Positions 17,566-26,648 of a DNA stretch of 36,383 bases are shown one piece after another. The first letter of the stretch is position 1; every line of letters begins with the position of its first letter. The notes below the pieces were generated by a model. It was not told where the DNA came from. It saw only the letters and a list, made by a program, of their open reading frames with translations, and ran no database searches. This stretch comes from a virus (lineage: Duplodnaviria; Caudoviricetes), in the IMG/VR virus record IMGVR_UViG_3300026302_000081, positions 1 to 36,383 of that record; one strand, 5' to 3'. A program made the translations under genes and the position numbers.

Positions 17566-18528
17566 ATGATGACGCTTCTGTCCAGCCTCAATTCGGAAAA
17601 GTCCCTCGGTACCGCCGTGCGCGGCAAGGTCGAGGCGATCGCGCTCAACGCCGAGGGCGCCGCCCCGGAATGGGTGCTGCTCTGGCCGCAGGGACGGCTC
17701 GTCGTCGGCCGAGACAAGCGCTCTTTCGTCATCCACGATCCCGAGGCGATTATCGCCGCGACGAAACCACGCCTGCCGCTGCTCGTCGACTACGAGCACG
17801 ATTACGAGCTGCGCAAGCCGGGCGACAACACGCCCGCCGCCGGCTGGGTCGAGGAGCTCGAAGTTCGCGACGGCGCGATCTGGGGCCGGGTCAACTGGAC
17901 CGAGCGCGCCGCGAACGCGATCGCCGGCCGCGAATACCGCTTCCACTCGCCCGTCTATCTCTGCCGGCCGAACTCCGCGCCGCTCGAAATCCTCGCGATC
18001 GGCGGGGCGGGCCTCACGCACAACCCGAACCTCTCCTTCACCGCCCTCAACAACGAACAGGACCCTTCCATGGACAAGGAACTCCTCAAGGCGCTCGGCC
18101 TGCCCGAGACCGCCGACACCGCCGCTGCCGTTGCCGCGATCAACGCGCTGCAGGCGCCCTCGCCGACGAAATACGTCCCGCGTGCCGATTACGACCAGGC
18201 GCTGACGCGGGCCACCAATGCCGAAGGCAAGCTCGCCGAGATCGAGAAGGCGCAGGCGCAGGGCTCGGCCGAGGCGCTCGTCGACAAGGCGATTGCCGAG
18301 GGCAAGATCGCCCCGGCCTCCCGCGACCATTTCGTGAAGATCGCCCTCAACGCCCGCGCCGATGTCGAGGCGTTGATCGCTTCTTCGCCGGCCTTCCTCA
18401 AGCCGGGCGCGGACAAGGGCCTTGCGGCCGGCGACCCGGCTAAGGAAGGCGGCGCGCTCTCTCCGGAGGAGAAGGCGATGTGCAGCCAGCTGGGCCTCTC
18501 CGAGGACGAGTTCATCAAGGCCCGCTGA
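17566..18528 (+). CDS. Mu gpI-like prohead protease with nested scaffold
   Basis: LLVDYEH, PAAGWV, WTERA...EYRFHSPV, GLTHNPNL. Confidence 0.92.
   Translation: MMTLLSSLNSEKSLGTAVRGKVEAIALNAEGAAPEWVLLWPQGRLVVGRDKRSFVIHDPEAIIAATKPRLPLLVDYEHDYELRKPGDNTPAAGWVEELEVRDGAIWGRVNWTERAANAIAGREYRFHSPVYLCRPNSAPLEILAIGGAGLTHNPNLSFTALNNEQDPSMDKELLKALGLPETADTAAAVAAINALQAPSPTKYVPRADYDQALTRATNAEGKLAEIEKAQAQGSAEALVDKAIAEGKIAPASRDHFVKIALNARADVEALIASSPAFLKPGADKGLAAGDPAKEGGALSPEEKAMCSQLGLSEDEFIKAR
18070..18528 (+). CDS. Scaffold protein (gpZ-like), internal in-frame start
   Basis: CAGGA RBS before MDKELLKALGL; Mu I/Z arrangement. Confidence 0.65.
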   Translation: MDKELLKALGLPETADTAAAVAAINALQAPSPTKYVPRADYDQALTRATNAEGKLAEIEKAQAQGSAEALVDKAIAEGKIAPASRDHFVKIALNARADVEALIASSPAFLKPGADKGLAAGDPAKEGGALSPEEKAMCSQLGLSEDEFIKAR

Positions 18529-18569
18529 CGGCGCGCCTTCCCCCTCTTTCCCACTGAAGGAAGCTCCCC

Positions 18570-18974
18570 ATGGCTCTCTCCCGCGAACGCAACTCGATCC
18601 AGATCGGCGACGGCCTCCTCCGGGAGATCGGCGTCAAGGCCAATACCAAGATCTATGCCGGCGCGATCGTCGTGAACGATGCCGGTGTCGCCGCGCCCGG
18701 CCGCACCGCGCTCGGCCTCGTGGCGATCGGCCGCGCCGAACGGACTATCGACAACACCGGCGGGGCCGATGGCGCGCAGCGCGTGCCGGTCCGGCGTGGC
18801 GTGTTCGGCTTCGCCAACAAGGCCGATGACCCGGTGGTCGCCGCCGACATCGGCAAGGATTGCTACCTCGTCGACGACGAGACCGTGGCCAAGACCTCGG
18901 GCACCAACACCCGCTCGGTCGCCGGCAAGGTCTTCTCGATCGACGGCGATACCGTCTTCATCGAGTTCTTCTAA
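18570..18974 (+). CDS. Capsid decoration/cement-like protein
   Basis: VKANTKIYAGAIV...DIGKDCYLVDDETV; between protease and capsid. Confidence 0.7.
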   Translation: MALSRERNSIQIGDGLLREIGVKANTKIYAGAIVVNDAGVAAPGRTALGLVAIGRAERTIDNTGGADGAQRVPVRRGVFGFANKADDPVVAADIGKDCYLVDDETVAKTSGTNTRSVAGKVFSIDGDTVFIEFF

Positions 18975-19029
18975 TCCCGCGCCGGGCGCGCGGCGCCCGG
19001 TTCTTTCCTTTCAGGTCAGGACCCGAACC

Positions 19030-19923
19030 ATGATCATCGACCGCCAGAGCCTCACCACGCTCACCACCGGCTACAAGGGCAACTTCCAGCGCGGCTTCGC
19101 CGGCGTCGCGCCGATGTGGGAGAAGATCGCGACCCGCGTTCCTTCCGCCACCGCCGCCGAGGAATACGGCTGGCTGGGGGCTTTCCCCGGCATGCGCGAA
19201 TGGATCGGCGAACGCCAGATCAAGAACCTCGCCCAGCACGGCTACACCATCAAGAACCTCAAGTTCGAAGGCACCGTCTCAGTGCCGGCCGACAAGATCA
19301 GGGATGACCAGTTCGGCATCTACGCGCCGATGATGGAGGAGATGGGCCGCTCAGCCGCCGAGCACCCGGACACGCTGGTCTATGGCCTGCTCAAGAACGG
19401 TTTCGCCACCAACTGCTATGACGGCCAGTTCTTCTTCGATACCGATCATCCGGTGATCGGCGCGGACCGCGTCGAGCGTTCGGTCTCGAATATGCAGGCT
19501 GGCGCCGGCGCGCCGTGGTTCCTGCTCGACACCCGCCGCGCGCTCAAGCCGCTGATCTTCCAGGAGCGCAAGAAGCCGCAGTTCGTCGCCAAGGACGATC
19601 CCGCCGACGATCGCGTCTTCATGAATGACGAATTCGTCTATGGCACCGATAGCCGGGGCAATGTCGGTTTCGGCTTCTGGCAGATGGCCTTCGGATCGAA
19701 AGCCGATCTCACCGAGGCGAACCTGCAGGCGGCTTATACCGCGATGACCTCGCTCAAGGGCGACGAGGACCGCCCGCTCGGCATCCTCCCGAACCTGCTC
19801 GTCGTTCATCCGACGCTCAAGTTCAAAGCGGACGAATTGCTCAAGGCGCAGCTCAAGAACGGCGGCGCGAGCAACATCATGCAGGGCCTTGTCGAGAGCC
19901 TGTCCTCGCCCTGGCTGGCGTAA
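19030..19923 (+). CDS. Mu-like major capsid protein gpT
   Basis: YGWLGAFPGMREWIGER, CYDGQFFFDTDHPV, KPLIFQER, GFGFWQMA. Confidence 0.95.
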   Translation: MIIDRQSLTTLTTGYKGNFQRGFAGVAPMWEKIATRVPSATAAEEYGWLGAFPGMREWIGERQIKNLAQHGYTIKNLKFEGTVSVPADKIRDDQFGIYAPMMEEMGRSAAEHPDTLVYGLLKNGFATNCYDGQFFFDTDHPVIGADRVERSVSNMQAGAGAPWFLLDTRRALKPLIFQERKKPQFVAKDDPADDRVFMNDEFVYGTDSRGNVGFGFWQMAFGSKADLTEANLQAAYTAMTSLKGDEDRPLGILPNLLVVHPTLKFKADELLKAQLKNGGASNIMQGLVESLSSPWLA

Positions 19924-19943
19924 CCGGCGCGCCGTTGAAGCCG

Positions 19944-19972
19944 AGCCCCGGACATGCACCGGGGCTTCCTTG
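19944..19972 (+). terminator. Hairpin after the capsid gene
   Basis: AGCCCCGG-N7-CCGGGGCT followed by TCCTT (weak U-tract). Confidence 0.45.
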
Positions 19973-20006
19973 AACGACGTTTCAATCGAACCCGAAGGAG
20001 CCGCTT

Positions 20007-20255
20007 ATGGCCAAGGAACCGAAAACCGAGATCGAGGGCGGCGCCGCGACCGAGGCCCCGCGTTTTGTCGCCACGGTGACCGCGATCTCCGCGCGCCGCC
20101 GTGCCGGGTTCGCATTCGGCCCGACGCCGGTGCACCTCACGGCCGATCAGCTCGAAACCAAGCTTGCGGACAAGCGCACTCTCGCCGAGGCCCTCAAGGG
20201 CGATCCGCAGCTCGTGATCCGCCCCTACGAGGCGCCGGCCGAAACCAAGGAATAA
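20007..20255 (+). CDS. HI1506-like small head-associated protein
   Basis: RRRAGFAF...LKGDPQLVI; AAGGAG RBS; follows gpT. Confidence 0.75.
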   Translation: MAKEPKTEIEGGAATEAPRFVATVTAISARRRAGFAFGPTPVHLTADQLETKLADKRTLAEALKGDPQLVIRPYEAPAETKE

Positions 20256-20455
20256 CCAGAGGGCGGTCTGGCACGGCTCGCGAGGCCTCCAGCACCTGAT
20301 GGGGACGGCACGACCGTAGGGGCAAAGCCCGCCGCCCGCCGATCCCGAGCGAAAGGAACCGAGGCAAATCCGCCGATGCCGGAAGGGCTAGGCGGGCGGG
20401 GTTCCGAGTAGGTGCGCCGGCACGGACCGGATGACAGCCGGGAAAGACCGGCACC
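20256..20455 (+). ncRNA. Putative structured RNA in a 220-bp intergenic gap
   Basis: Multiple nested stems and purine-rich/GNRA-type loops (see findings). Confidence 0.45.
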
Positions 20456-20476
20456 CGTTCACCCTCGGAGGCGATC

Positions 20477-20905
20477 ATGGCTTACATCACGCGCGCCGAC
20501 ATCGAGGCGATCTATGGCGCGGCCTTCGTCGCCGGGCTCGTCCCTGACGGCATGGACCCGGATACGGCGATCGCGACGGCCGCCGATATCGCGACCTCCG
20601 AAGCCGAGCTTTACCTCTGCCGCGCCTACACGGTGCCGCTCACCGAAGTGCCGCCGGCGCTCAGCGCGGCCGTCGTCGATCTCGCCTGCTACCGTCTCGC
20701 GGTCACGCATGACAGGCTGACCGAGGAAATCACCGAACGCGCCAAGCTCGCGCGCGCCCTGCTGAAGGACATCGCGACCGACAAGGCCGGCCTCGGCACG
20801 GCCGAACCCGAAACCTCGCCGATCGGTGAACCGACGGGGCCGAACGGCGCCTCCTCTTCCGACGGGTCCTATTTCTCGGCGCGGCCGCGCCTCTTCGGGA
20901 GGTGA
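20477..20905 (+). CDS. DUF1320 / Mu gp36-like head-tail connector
   Basis: MAYITRADI...YLCRAYTVPL...DLACYRL...LKDIA. Confidence 0.85.
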   Translation: MAYITRADIEAIYGAAFVAGLVPDGMDPDTAIATAADIATSEAELYLCRAYTVPLTEVPPALSAAVVDLACYRLAVTHDRLTEEITERAKLARALLKDIATDKAGLGTAEPETSPIGEPTGPNGASSSDGSYFSARPRLFGR

Positions 20906-20908
20906 GGC

Positions 20909-21397
20909 ATGGTCGCGCTCTTTACGATCGATGCACGGGCCGAAGGGCTGGAGGCGGTCGACAAGGCGCTCTCGAGGCTCGACCCGCTGCCCGCCGGCGA
21001 GCTGATGGAAGGCATCGCCCGCATGGTGCAGGAGCAGACGCGCCGGCGCATCACAAACGAGAAGCGCGCACCCTCGGGCGCGGCCTGGCCGCCGAACCGC
21101 TCCGGCACGCCGATCCTTTATCAATCCGGCGCGCTGGCGCGCTCGATCGACTACCTCGTCTCTGGGGAAACCGCGATCGTCGGTTCCGGCCTCGTCTATG
21201 CCGGCATCCATCAGCACGGCGGAACGATCAAGCCCAAGAAGGCCAAGCGCCTTGTCTTCCGCATGGGCAACAAGACGATCTTCGCGCGGAAGGTGACGAT
21301 CCCCGCGCGGCCCTATCTCGGCCTCTCGGCCGAGAACGCCGAGGACGTGATCGATCAGGTCGGCCGGTTCCTGCAGAAGAAACTGGGGGGCGGCTGA
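20909..21397 (+). CDS. Virion morphogenesis protein (Mu gpG / P2 S family)
   Basis: PSGAAW, LYQSGALARSI, YAGIHQHGG, IPARPYLGLS. Confidence 0.9.
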   Translation: MVALFTIDARAEGLEAVDKALSRLDPLPAGELMEGIARMVQEQTRRRITNEKRAPSGAAWPPNRSGTPILYQSGALARSIDYLVSGETAIVGSGLVYAGIHQHGGTIKPKKAKRLVFRMGNKTIFARKVTIPARPYLGLSAENAEDVIDQVGRFLQKKLGGG

Positions 21398-21993
21398 TGA
21401 CCCGGCTTTCCGATCATCTCAACGCCATTGAGGCATGGGTCGAGGCGCTCCAGCACACGGGCAAGCCGCTGGTGAAGGAATGCCGGCGCCAGCTCGATCT
21501 CGTCGATGCCGAGGACGTGACGCGGACGAGCTTCAATTCGCCCGCCGCCTTCCTCGTCCTGCCGCGTTTCCGGCTCGTGTCGCGCGCCGATGGCGGCAAG
21601 GATTGCGAGATCTGGATCGTGGTCGCGATCGCTTCAAAGGCCGCACCGTCGACATCGGCCGATGCGGATGTGATCGATCGCACGATCGTCCTCGCGGCGG
21701 CGCTCGACGATGCGACCTTCGGCCAGCTCATGTGCTCGCCGCCCGGCGACATCGAATGCCGCCCGGTGCTCTCGTCCGCGATCGAGACGAAGGGGCTCGC
21801 CGTGGCGGCCGTCTCGTTCCGGCAGATGCTCTATCGCATCGTCGAGCCGCCGGCCGAGACCATGGGCCTCACGGGCGCCACCGGCGCCGGCGCGCCCCGG
21901 CCGGGCGCTCCGCAGGACTGGCTCGCGAATGACGGCCAGCCGACCCCGGACGAACAGGCCGTGATCGACGGCTGGTCGGGAGGTCAGCCATGA
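21397..21993 (+). CDS. Putative tail terminator / Mu gp37-like protein
   Basis: Position; TGATG coupling; weak motif support only. Confidence 0.55.
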   Translation: MTRLSDHLNAIEAWVEALQHTGKPLVKECRRQLDLVDAEDVTRTSFNSPAAFLVLPRFRLVSRADGGKDCEIWIVVAIASKAAPSTSADADVIDRTIVLAAALDDATFGQLMCSPPGDIECRPVLSSAIETKGLAVAAVSFRQMLYRIVEPPAETMGLTGATGAGAPRPGAPQDWLANDGQPTPDEQAVIDGWSGGQP

Positions 21994-22559
21994 GCGCCAC
22001 CGATTACCTCGCCGAGATCATCCGAGCCCTGCGCTCCGATCTTGAGGATACGCGCCGACGCCTCGCCAGCGCGGTCATGATCGGCCGCGTCGTCGAAGTC
22101 TCCGGCGACAAGGTGCGCCTCGAATTCGACGAGAAGGACGCCTCGACAGGCGAACCGTTCCGCTCGCCGCTCGTGCGACGCGCGAACTCGGCCGGCGCGA
22201 ACGGTGCGGGCCACAAGGAGCGCAATCGGCCTGTCATCGGCGAGACCATGGCGCTGCTTTCGCCCAATGGCGAGATCGGCCGGCATTCGCGCGCCATCCC
22301 CTATGGCCCGACCGACGAGAGCGGCGAGCCCGCCGGCGACGAGGGGTTCGCGCGGGTTCTTTCCGAGGGCAGCGCCTCTCTCGCGATCCGGGACGGCGAG
22401 ATCCGGCTGAAGGTCGGCGGCACCACGGTTTCGGTGACACCCGATGGCTTCGACCAGACCGGCGGCCACCAGAAGCACGACGGCAAGAACACCGGCAAGG
22501 ATCACGTCCACGGCGGCATTGTGCCGGGTGGAGACAACACCGACGTGCCGGCGAACTGA
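21990..22559 (+). CDS. Baseplate spike gpV
   Basis: GRVVEV, P.IGE...LSPNGE, C-terminal HVHGG metal-binding tip. Confidence 0.88.
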   Translation: MSATDYLAEIIRALRSDLEDTRRRLASAVMIGRVVEVSGDKVRLEFDEKDASTGEPFRSPLVRRANSAGANGAGHKERNRPVIGETMALLSPNGEIGRHSRAIPYGPTDESGEPAGDEGFARVLSEGSASLAIRDGEIRLKVGGTTVSVTPDGFDQTGGHQKHDGKNTGKDHVHGGIVPGGDNTDVPAN

Positions 22560-22570
22560 AGGAGAAGGAC

Positions 22571-22771
22571 ATGGAAAAGAAGCTCTACTCGGTCACGCGG
22601 CCCGATATCGAATGGGTCGCCGGCAAGCGCGTCCAGGACGGCAAAATCGCGCTCACCGAGCGCGAAGCCGGACACGATCTCGCGCGCGGCAACATCGAAC
22701 TCGTCAAGGCGCCCGCAGGAGCCAAGGTGCTTCCCTCGACCAAGACGGACGGGAAGGCCGGCGAGGACTGA
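22571..22771 (+). CDS. Small hypothetical protein
   Basis: GGAGAAGGA RBS; 66 aa between V and W. Confidence 0.65.
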   Translation: MEKKLYSVTRPDIEWVAGKRVQDGKIALTEREAGHDLARGNIELVKAPAGAKVLPSTKTDGKAGED

Positions 22772-22773
22772 CC

Positions 22774-23163
22774 ATGCGCGCGGGGATGGACGAGGCGACC
22801 GGCAAGATCGTGACGGGGTGGGACCATTGCCAGATGGTGATCCGCCGCGCCCTCACGACGCGGCCGGGCACGCTCGTGCTGCGCCGGCGCATCGGCTCGC
22901 GCGTCCCCGCGCTTCAGGACGAGAACATGACAGCCGAGGCTGTGATCCGCCTCTATGTCGCGATCGCGGAAGCACTCGCCCCCTCGAACCCGAATTGGGG
23001 AGAGCCGGGCTTCCGGCTGCGTTCGATCCGGCTCGTCGGGCTGAACAGCATCGGCCAGATCGGCCTTGTCCTCACGGGTGACTATTACCCCAACGGCCAC
23101 CTTGGCGATTACTCGGTCAAGGAAACCGGCAGCACCACGCTGCCCGTGCGGGAGGCCGCGTGA
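22774..23163 (+). CDS. Baseplate gpW/gp25-like protein
   Basis: GMDEATGK...DH...ALTTRPGT..RR.IGS. Confidence 0.85.
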   Translation: MRAGMDEATGKIVTGWDHCQMVIRRALTTRPGTLVLRRRIGSRVPALQDENMTAEAVIRLYVAIAEALAPSNPNWGEPGFRLRSIRLVGLNSIGQIGLVLTGDYYPNGHLGDYSVKETGSTTLPVREAA

Positions 23164-23171
23164 TGTCGGCC

Positions 23172-23214
23172 TGTCCTCTCGCCCTGAAACCGGGTCCCAC
23201 TTTCGGGGAGGACA
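23172..23214 (-). repeat. Rhizobiales-type palindromic repeat (RIME/Bru-RS-like half element)
   Basis: Minus strand TGTCCTC-CCCGAAAGTGGGACCCGGTTTCAGGG-CGA-GAGGACA. Confidence 0.55.
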
Positions 23215-23218
23215 TCTG

Positions 23219-24283
23219 ATGTCCCGTTTCTCCGATATCGACCTCGCGCTCTACCCGCTGCCCGACATTCTCGAAACGCTGGCGGTCGAAACGTATCTCC
23301 TGCGCAACAAGGATCTGTTCGTCGCAGCGTGGGACGCCATCCGGGGCGATCAACCGGCGATCGACACGCTCGCGCTTGAACATGAACCGGTGACTGCTCA
23401 GCTGCGGGTCGCGGCCGAGCTGGAGCGGATGCTGCGCGGCACCGTCAACGATCGGATCAAACAGATCACGCTCGCCGGCGCGACCGGCGCGATGCTCGAT
23501 CACCTCGCCATGACCTATTTCGGCGGGTTGACCCGGCGTGTCGTCAAGCCCGCGAGCGGTACCGCGCCGGCGGTTTTTGAAGACGACGAGACCTTCCGCG
23601 AGCGGATCGCGCTCAGCCCCGAGAGCTGGTCGACCTGCGGGCCGGAAGGCGCCTATCTGTTCTGGGCGCTCTCGGCCTCCGGCGACGTCCTCGACGTCGC
23701 GGTGTACTCGGAAGATGAAGGCGTGTGCCTTGCGCCGCGCATCCGCGTCGTCGTGCTTTCCCGCCTCGGCGATGGCACGGCCTCGCCCGAGCTGCTCGCC
23801 CTTGTTCAAGGCAAATTGAACCGCCGCGAGCTTCGGCCGATGGGCGATCTCGTCACCGTCGAAAGCGCCACTCCGCTTGCCTACGACGCGGCGGTCACCC
23901 TGCGCGTCCGGGCCGGTTCCTCGCCGGCCGTCGTCAGCGCGGCCGCCGAGAAACGCATCCGGGCCTATAGCGAGGGGCTGACGCGCTGGATAGGCGATGA
24001 TCTCGAAGGCCCGGTCAACCTGATCGGTCGCCGCATCCTGCGCGATACGATCGCCGGCCGGGCCTATGGCGATGACATCAACATCGTCGAAGTGCTGGTG
24101 ACGGCGCCGGTCGCGGATATCAACCCGGCCCATGCCGGCTACACGGCCGAGGCTCTTTCGGGCGTCGGCACGCCCACGTTCGAGCCGCTCGCTGCCGAGG
24201 TGACGGCCCACCTCTTCAAAGCGCCGCGACTGGGCACCCTGACCGTAACAACCGAGATCGCGGCAACGGGAGGCTTCGCATGA
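23219..24283 (+). CDS. Baseplate J-like protein
   Basis: ATGAMLDHLA, EDDETFRERI, GPEGAYLFWA, RPMGDLVTV. Confidence 0.9.
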   Translation: MSRFSDIDLALYPLPDILETLAVETYLLRNKDLFVAAWDAIRGDQPAIDTLALEHEPVTAQLRVAAELERMLRGTVNDRIKQITLAGATGAMLDHLAMTYFGGLTRRVVKPASGTAPAVFEDDETFRERIALSPESWSTCGPEGAYLFWALSASGDVLDVAVYSEDEGVCLAPRIRVVVLSRLGDGTASPELLALVQGKLNRRELRPMGDLVTVESATPLAYDAAVTLRVRAGSSPAVVSAAAEKRIRAYSEGLTRWIGDDLEGPVNLIGRRILRDTIAGRAYGDDINIVEVLVTAPVADINPAHAGYTAEALSGVGTPTFEPLAAEVTAHLFKAPRLGTLTVTTEIAATGGFA

Positions 24284-24894
24284 CGAAGGCGCTCGTCCCC
24301 TCCAATCACCGCCGACGCGAACATGCGCTCGCCGAAGTCCTCGCGCCGATCCGCGCGATCGACACGCGACCGATCGAATGGGTGTGGGATGCCTGGCGCT
24401 GCCCGGCTCCGCTCCTCCCGTTCCTTGCGTTTGCGCTCTCCGTCGACTTCTGGGACGACAGCTGGGATGAAGTGCGCCGTCGCCGCGCGATCGCGGAGAG
24501 CCCGGCCTATCATCGCCGGAAAGGAACCCGCGCCGCCGTCGAGACGGCCGCCGGCTACACCGCGCGCGCCTTCACGATCACCGAATGGTGGCAGTTCTCG
24601 CCGCCGGCGCGACGCGGCACCTTCGCCGTCACGCTGCGCCTCGGCGAGAACGAGGCCGCGATGCCGGTGCCCGAGCAGGCGTTGCTCCGGCATCTCATTA
24701 CGCGCGCCAAACCGAAGAGCCGCGCCTTCTCACTTCTGGCCGGGCATGTCGAGGCTCTCGCATTCACGGTCGGCGTCGGTCTCCTGGGAGGCGGTGGCGC
24801 GGTGCTCGCGGTCCCGCCCGACGATCTTGAACTCGAATTTTCGCCGCATGTCTGGGTGCAGCCGGGCTCCGGCGCGCCGCTGGAGGTCCAGTGA
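24280..24894 (+). CDS. P2 tail protein I-like
   Basis: CPAPLLPFLAFALSVDFWD...HRRKGTRAAV...EWWQ. Confidence 0.9.
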   Translation: MTKALVPSNHRRREHALAEVLAPIRAIDTRPIEWVWDAWRCPAPLLPFLAFALSVDFWDDSWDEVRRRRAIAESPAYHRRKGTRAAVETAAGYTARAFTITEWWQFSPPARRGTFAVTLRLGENEAAMPVPEQALLRHLITRAKPKSRAFSLLAGHVEALAFTVGVGLLGGGGAVLAVPPDDLELEFSPHVWVQPGSGAPLEVQ

Positions 24895-24940
24895 GCAAAG
24901 CCAACAGAAGTGGAAGCCGGTTCTGTGCCCGGCTTTGCGA
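24893..24940 (+). repeat. Rhizobiales-type palindromic repeat (RIME/Bru-RS-like half element)
   Basis: GAGCAAAGCC-AACAGAAGTGGAAGCCGGTTCTGT-GCCC-GGCTTTGCGA. Confidence 0.55.
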
Positions 24941-24952
24941 GGAGATTGAAGC

Positions 24953-26638
24953 ATGAGCAGTATCACCATCATGACGACGCAGGGCCGCGCCCAGCTCGCG
25001 GCGGCCGTGGCGAACGCACAGAGCTTCCCCTCCGCAAAGATCGCGGTGGGCGATGGCAACGGCGCCACCTATGTGCCGAACGAAGCGCAGGTCGGGCTTG
25101 TGCACGAGGTTTGGCGCGGCAATGCGACCGTCGCCCGGACAGATGATCGCGTGATCTTTCAGGCCGTGGTGCCGGCCGAGGTCGGGGGCTTCACGGTGCG
25201 CGAAGTCGGCGTGCTGATCGGTGAAGTCGGCGCCGAACAGCTCTTCATCATCTCGCAGCACCCGTCGACGGAAAAGATCGCGGCGCCGGCGAACGGCTCC
25301 GGGCCGCTCCCGATCACGATCGTCTTTTCGGCCACAGCCGCCGAACAGGCCGTGCTGCCGATCGGCTCCTCCGACAATGCGACCCTGCAGCTCTCGCGCG
25401 CGCCGCATATCACCGTCGATGGCCTCGTGACGGAACCGCCGGCGGAACCGGCCGACGGTTCGCTCTACGCGATCGACGCCGGCGCAGCGGGGCTCTTCGT
25501 CGGCAAGGGCGGCTGGCTGGTCGAGCGCGTCGCCGGCGCGTGGATCTACAAGCAGCCGCCTGAGAAATCCGTCATCCGTCTCGTGGCGGACGGCGCCTGG
25601 TATCAGCGGAACGGCGCCGATTGGGTGGTTCTCACCTTTGAGGATACCTCGATCCTCTGGGCTCAAATTCAGGACCCGCCTGCCGAGTTTCTTCCCGAAC
25701 CGCACGATCACGACGAACGGTATTTCACCGAGGCGGAAACCGCCGTGCTGCTGGCGGGAAAGAGCAACACCGACCACCTGCATGATGACCGCTATCTCCG
25801 CCTGATCGGCGGCACGGCGACGGGAGAAATCGCTGCGCCGGGCTTCCGCGCCACCTCGGGTGGCCAGCAGGTGTATCTGCGTCAATCGGGCGGCGTGAAC
25901 CGGATCGACAGCTACAACGACCCGATCACGGCAACAGTGCCGCTCGTGATCAACTCGAGCGAGTTGAGATTGCAGATCGCCGATGGCGAGCAGATGCGGA
26001 TCGACGGTGCCGGCAATGTCGGCCTGGGCACGAGCACGCCGGCCGGCAAGCTTGATGTGGCCGGGATAGCAATTGTCCGCGACGATGTGCGCATCGGCAA
26101 GGGCGCCTATCCGAAGCTGCTCCTTGAGGCGACCGGCAACGCGGCGGACGCGAAGAAGGTCCAGATCTACGTCACGCCGGGCTCCGGCGCGGTCAGGATC
26201 GGCCATCTCAATGACGCCGAAAATGCGGAGATGTCCAGCCGCGCGCTGGAGACATCCGGGGGCCTCACGATCAACGGGCCGTTGAGCCTGGCCGGCGACG
26301 CCGGCGTCGCGACGAAGGTCATGACTGGCAATCCCTCCGGCGTGCCGGCCTGGAAGGCCCTCTCGGAGCTCGGCGTCGGCAGGAAGATCGTCGCGGTCGG
26401 GCGCGCGACCGGAGCATCGGCGGCGATCACATTCGCCTCTGCCGAGCCGGACACGTCCTATGAAGTCGCCGGTTATGGCGGCTGGGGCGGGTCGGGTGAC
26501 AATTCGGGCGGCACGTCGACCAACTTGTCGCTGAGTTCCAAGTCAACCGGGGGATGCACGGTCAATATCACCGACGAAGGCGGCGGATCGCCGACCGGCA
26601 CCGTCCGCATGTTCTACGTCATCTTCCGCAACACCTAA
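24953..26638 (+). CDS. Tail fibre protein (P2 H-like N-terminus)
   Basis: TTQGRAQLA..IAVGDGNG..GGFTVREVG; HDHDERY and HLHDDRY repeats; GNVGLGTSTP motif. Confidence 0.88.
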   Translation: MSSITIMTTQGRAQLAAAVANAQSFPSAKIAVGDGNGATYVPNEAQVGLVHEVWRGNATVARTDDRVIFQAVVPAEVGGFTVREVGVLIGEVGAEQLFIISQHPSTEKIAAPANGSGPLPITIVFSATAAEQAVLPIGSSDNATLQLSRAPHITVDGLVTEPPAEPADGSLYAIDAGAAGLFVGKGGWLVERVAGAWIYKQPPEKSVIRLVADGAWYQRNGADWVVLTFEDTSILWAQIQDPPAEFLPEPHDHDERYFTEAETAVLLAGKSNTDHLHDDRYLRLIGGTATGEIAAPGFRATSGGQQVYLRQSGGVNRIDSYNDPITATVPLVINSSELRLQIADGEQMRIDGAGNVGLGTSTPAGKLDVAGIAIVRDDVRIGKGAYPKLLLEATGNAADAKKVQIYVTPGSGAVRIGHLNDAENAEMSSRALETSGGLTINGPLSLAGDAGVATKVMTGNPSGVPAWKALSELGVGRKIVAVGRATGASAAITFASAEPDTSYEVAGYGGWGGSGDNSGGTSTNLSLSSKSTGGCTVNITDEGGGSPTGTVRMFYVIFRNT

Positions 26639-26648
26639 GGAGCCCGAA

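Noticed and set aside
20318..20408. c-di-GMP-I riboswitch (GGCAAA...GCAAA...GGGGTTCCGA resemblance)
   Set aside because: P2 GNRA/receptor architecture and spacing do not fit by eye; needs cmscan.
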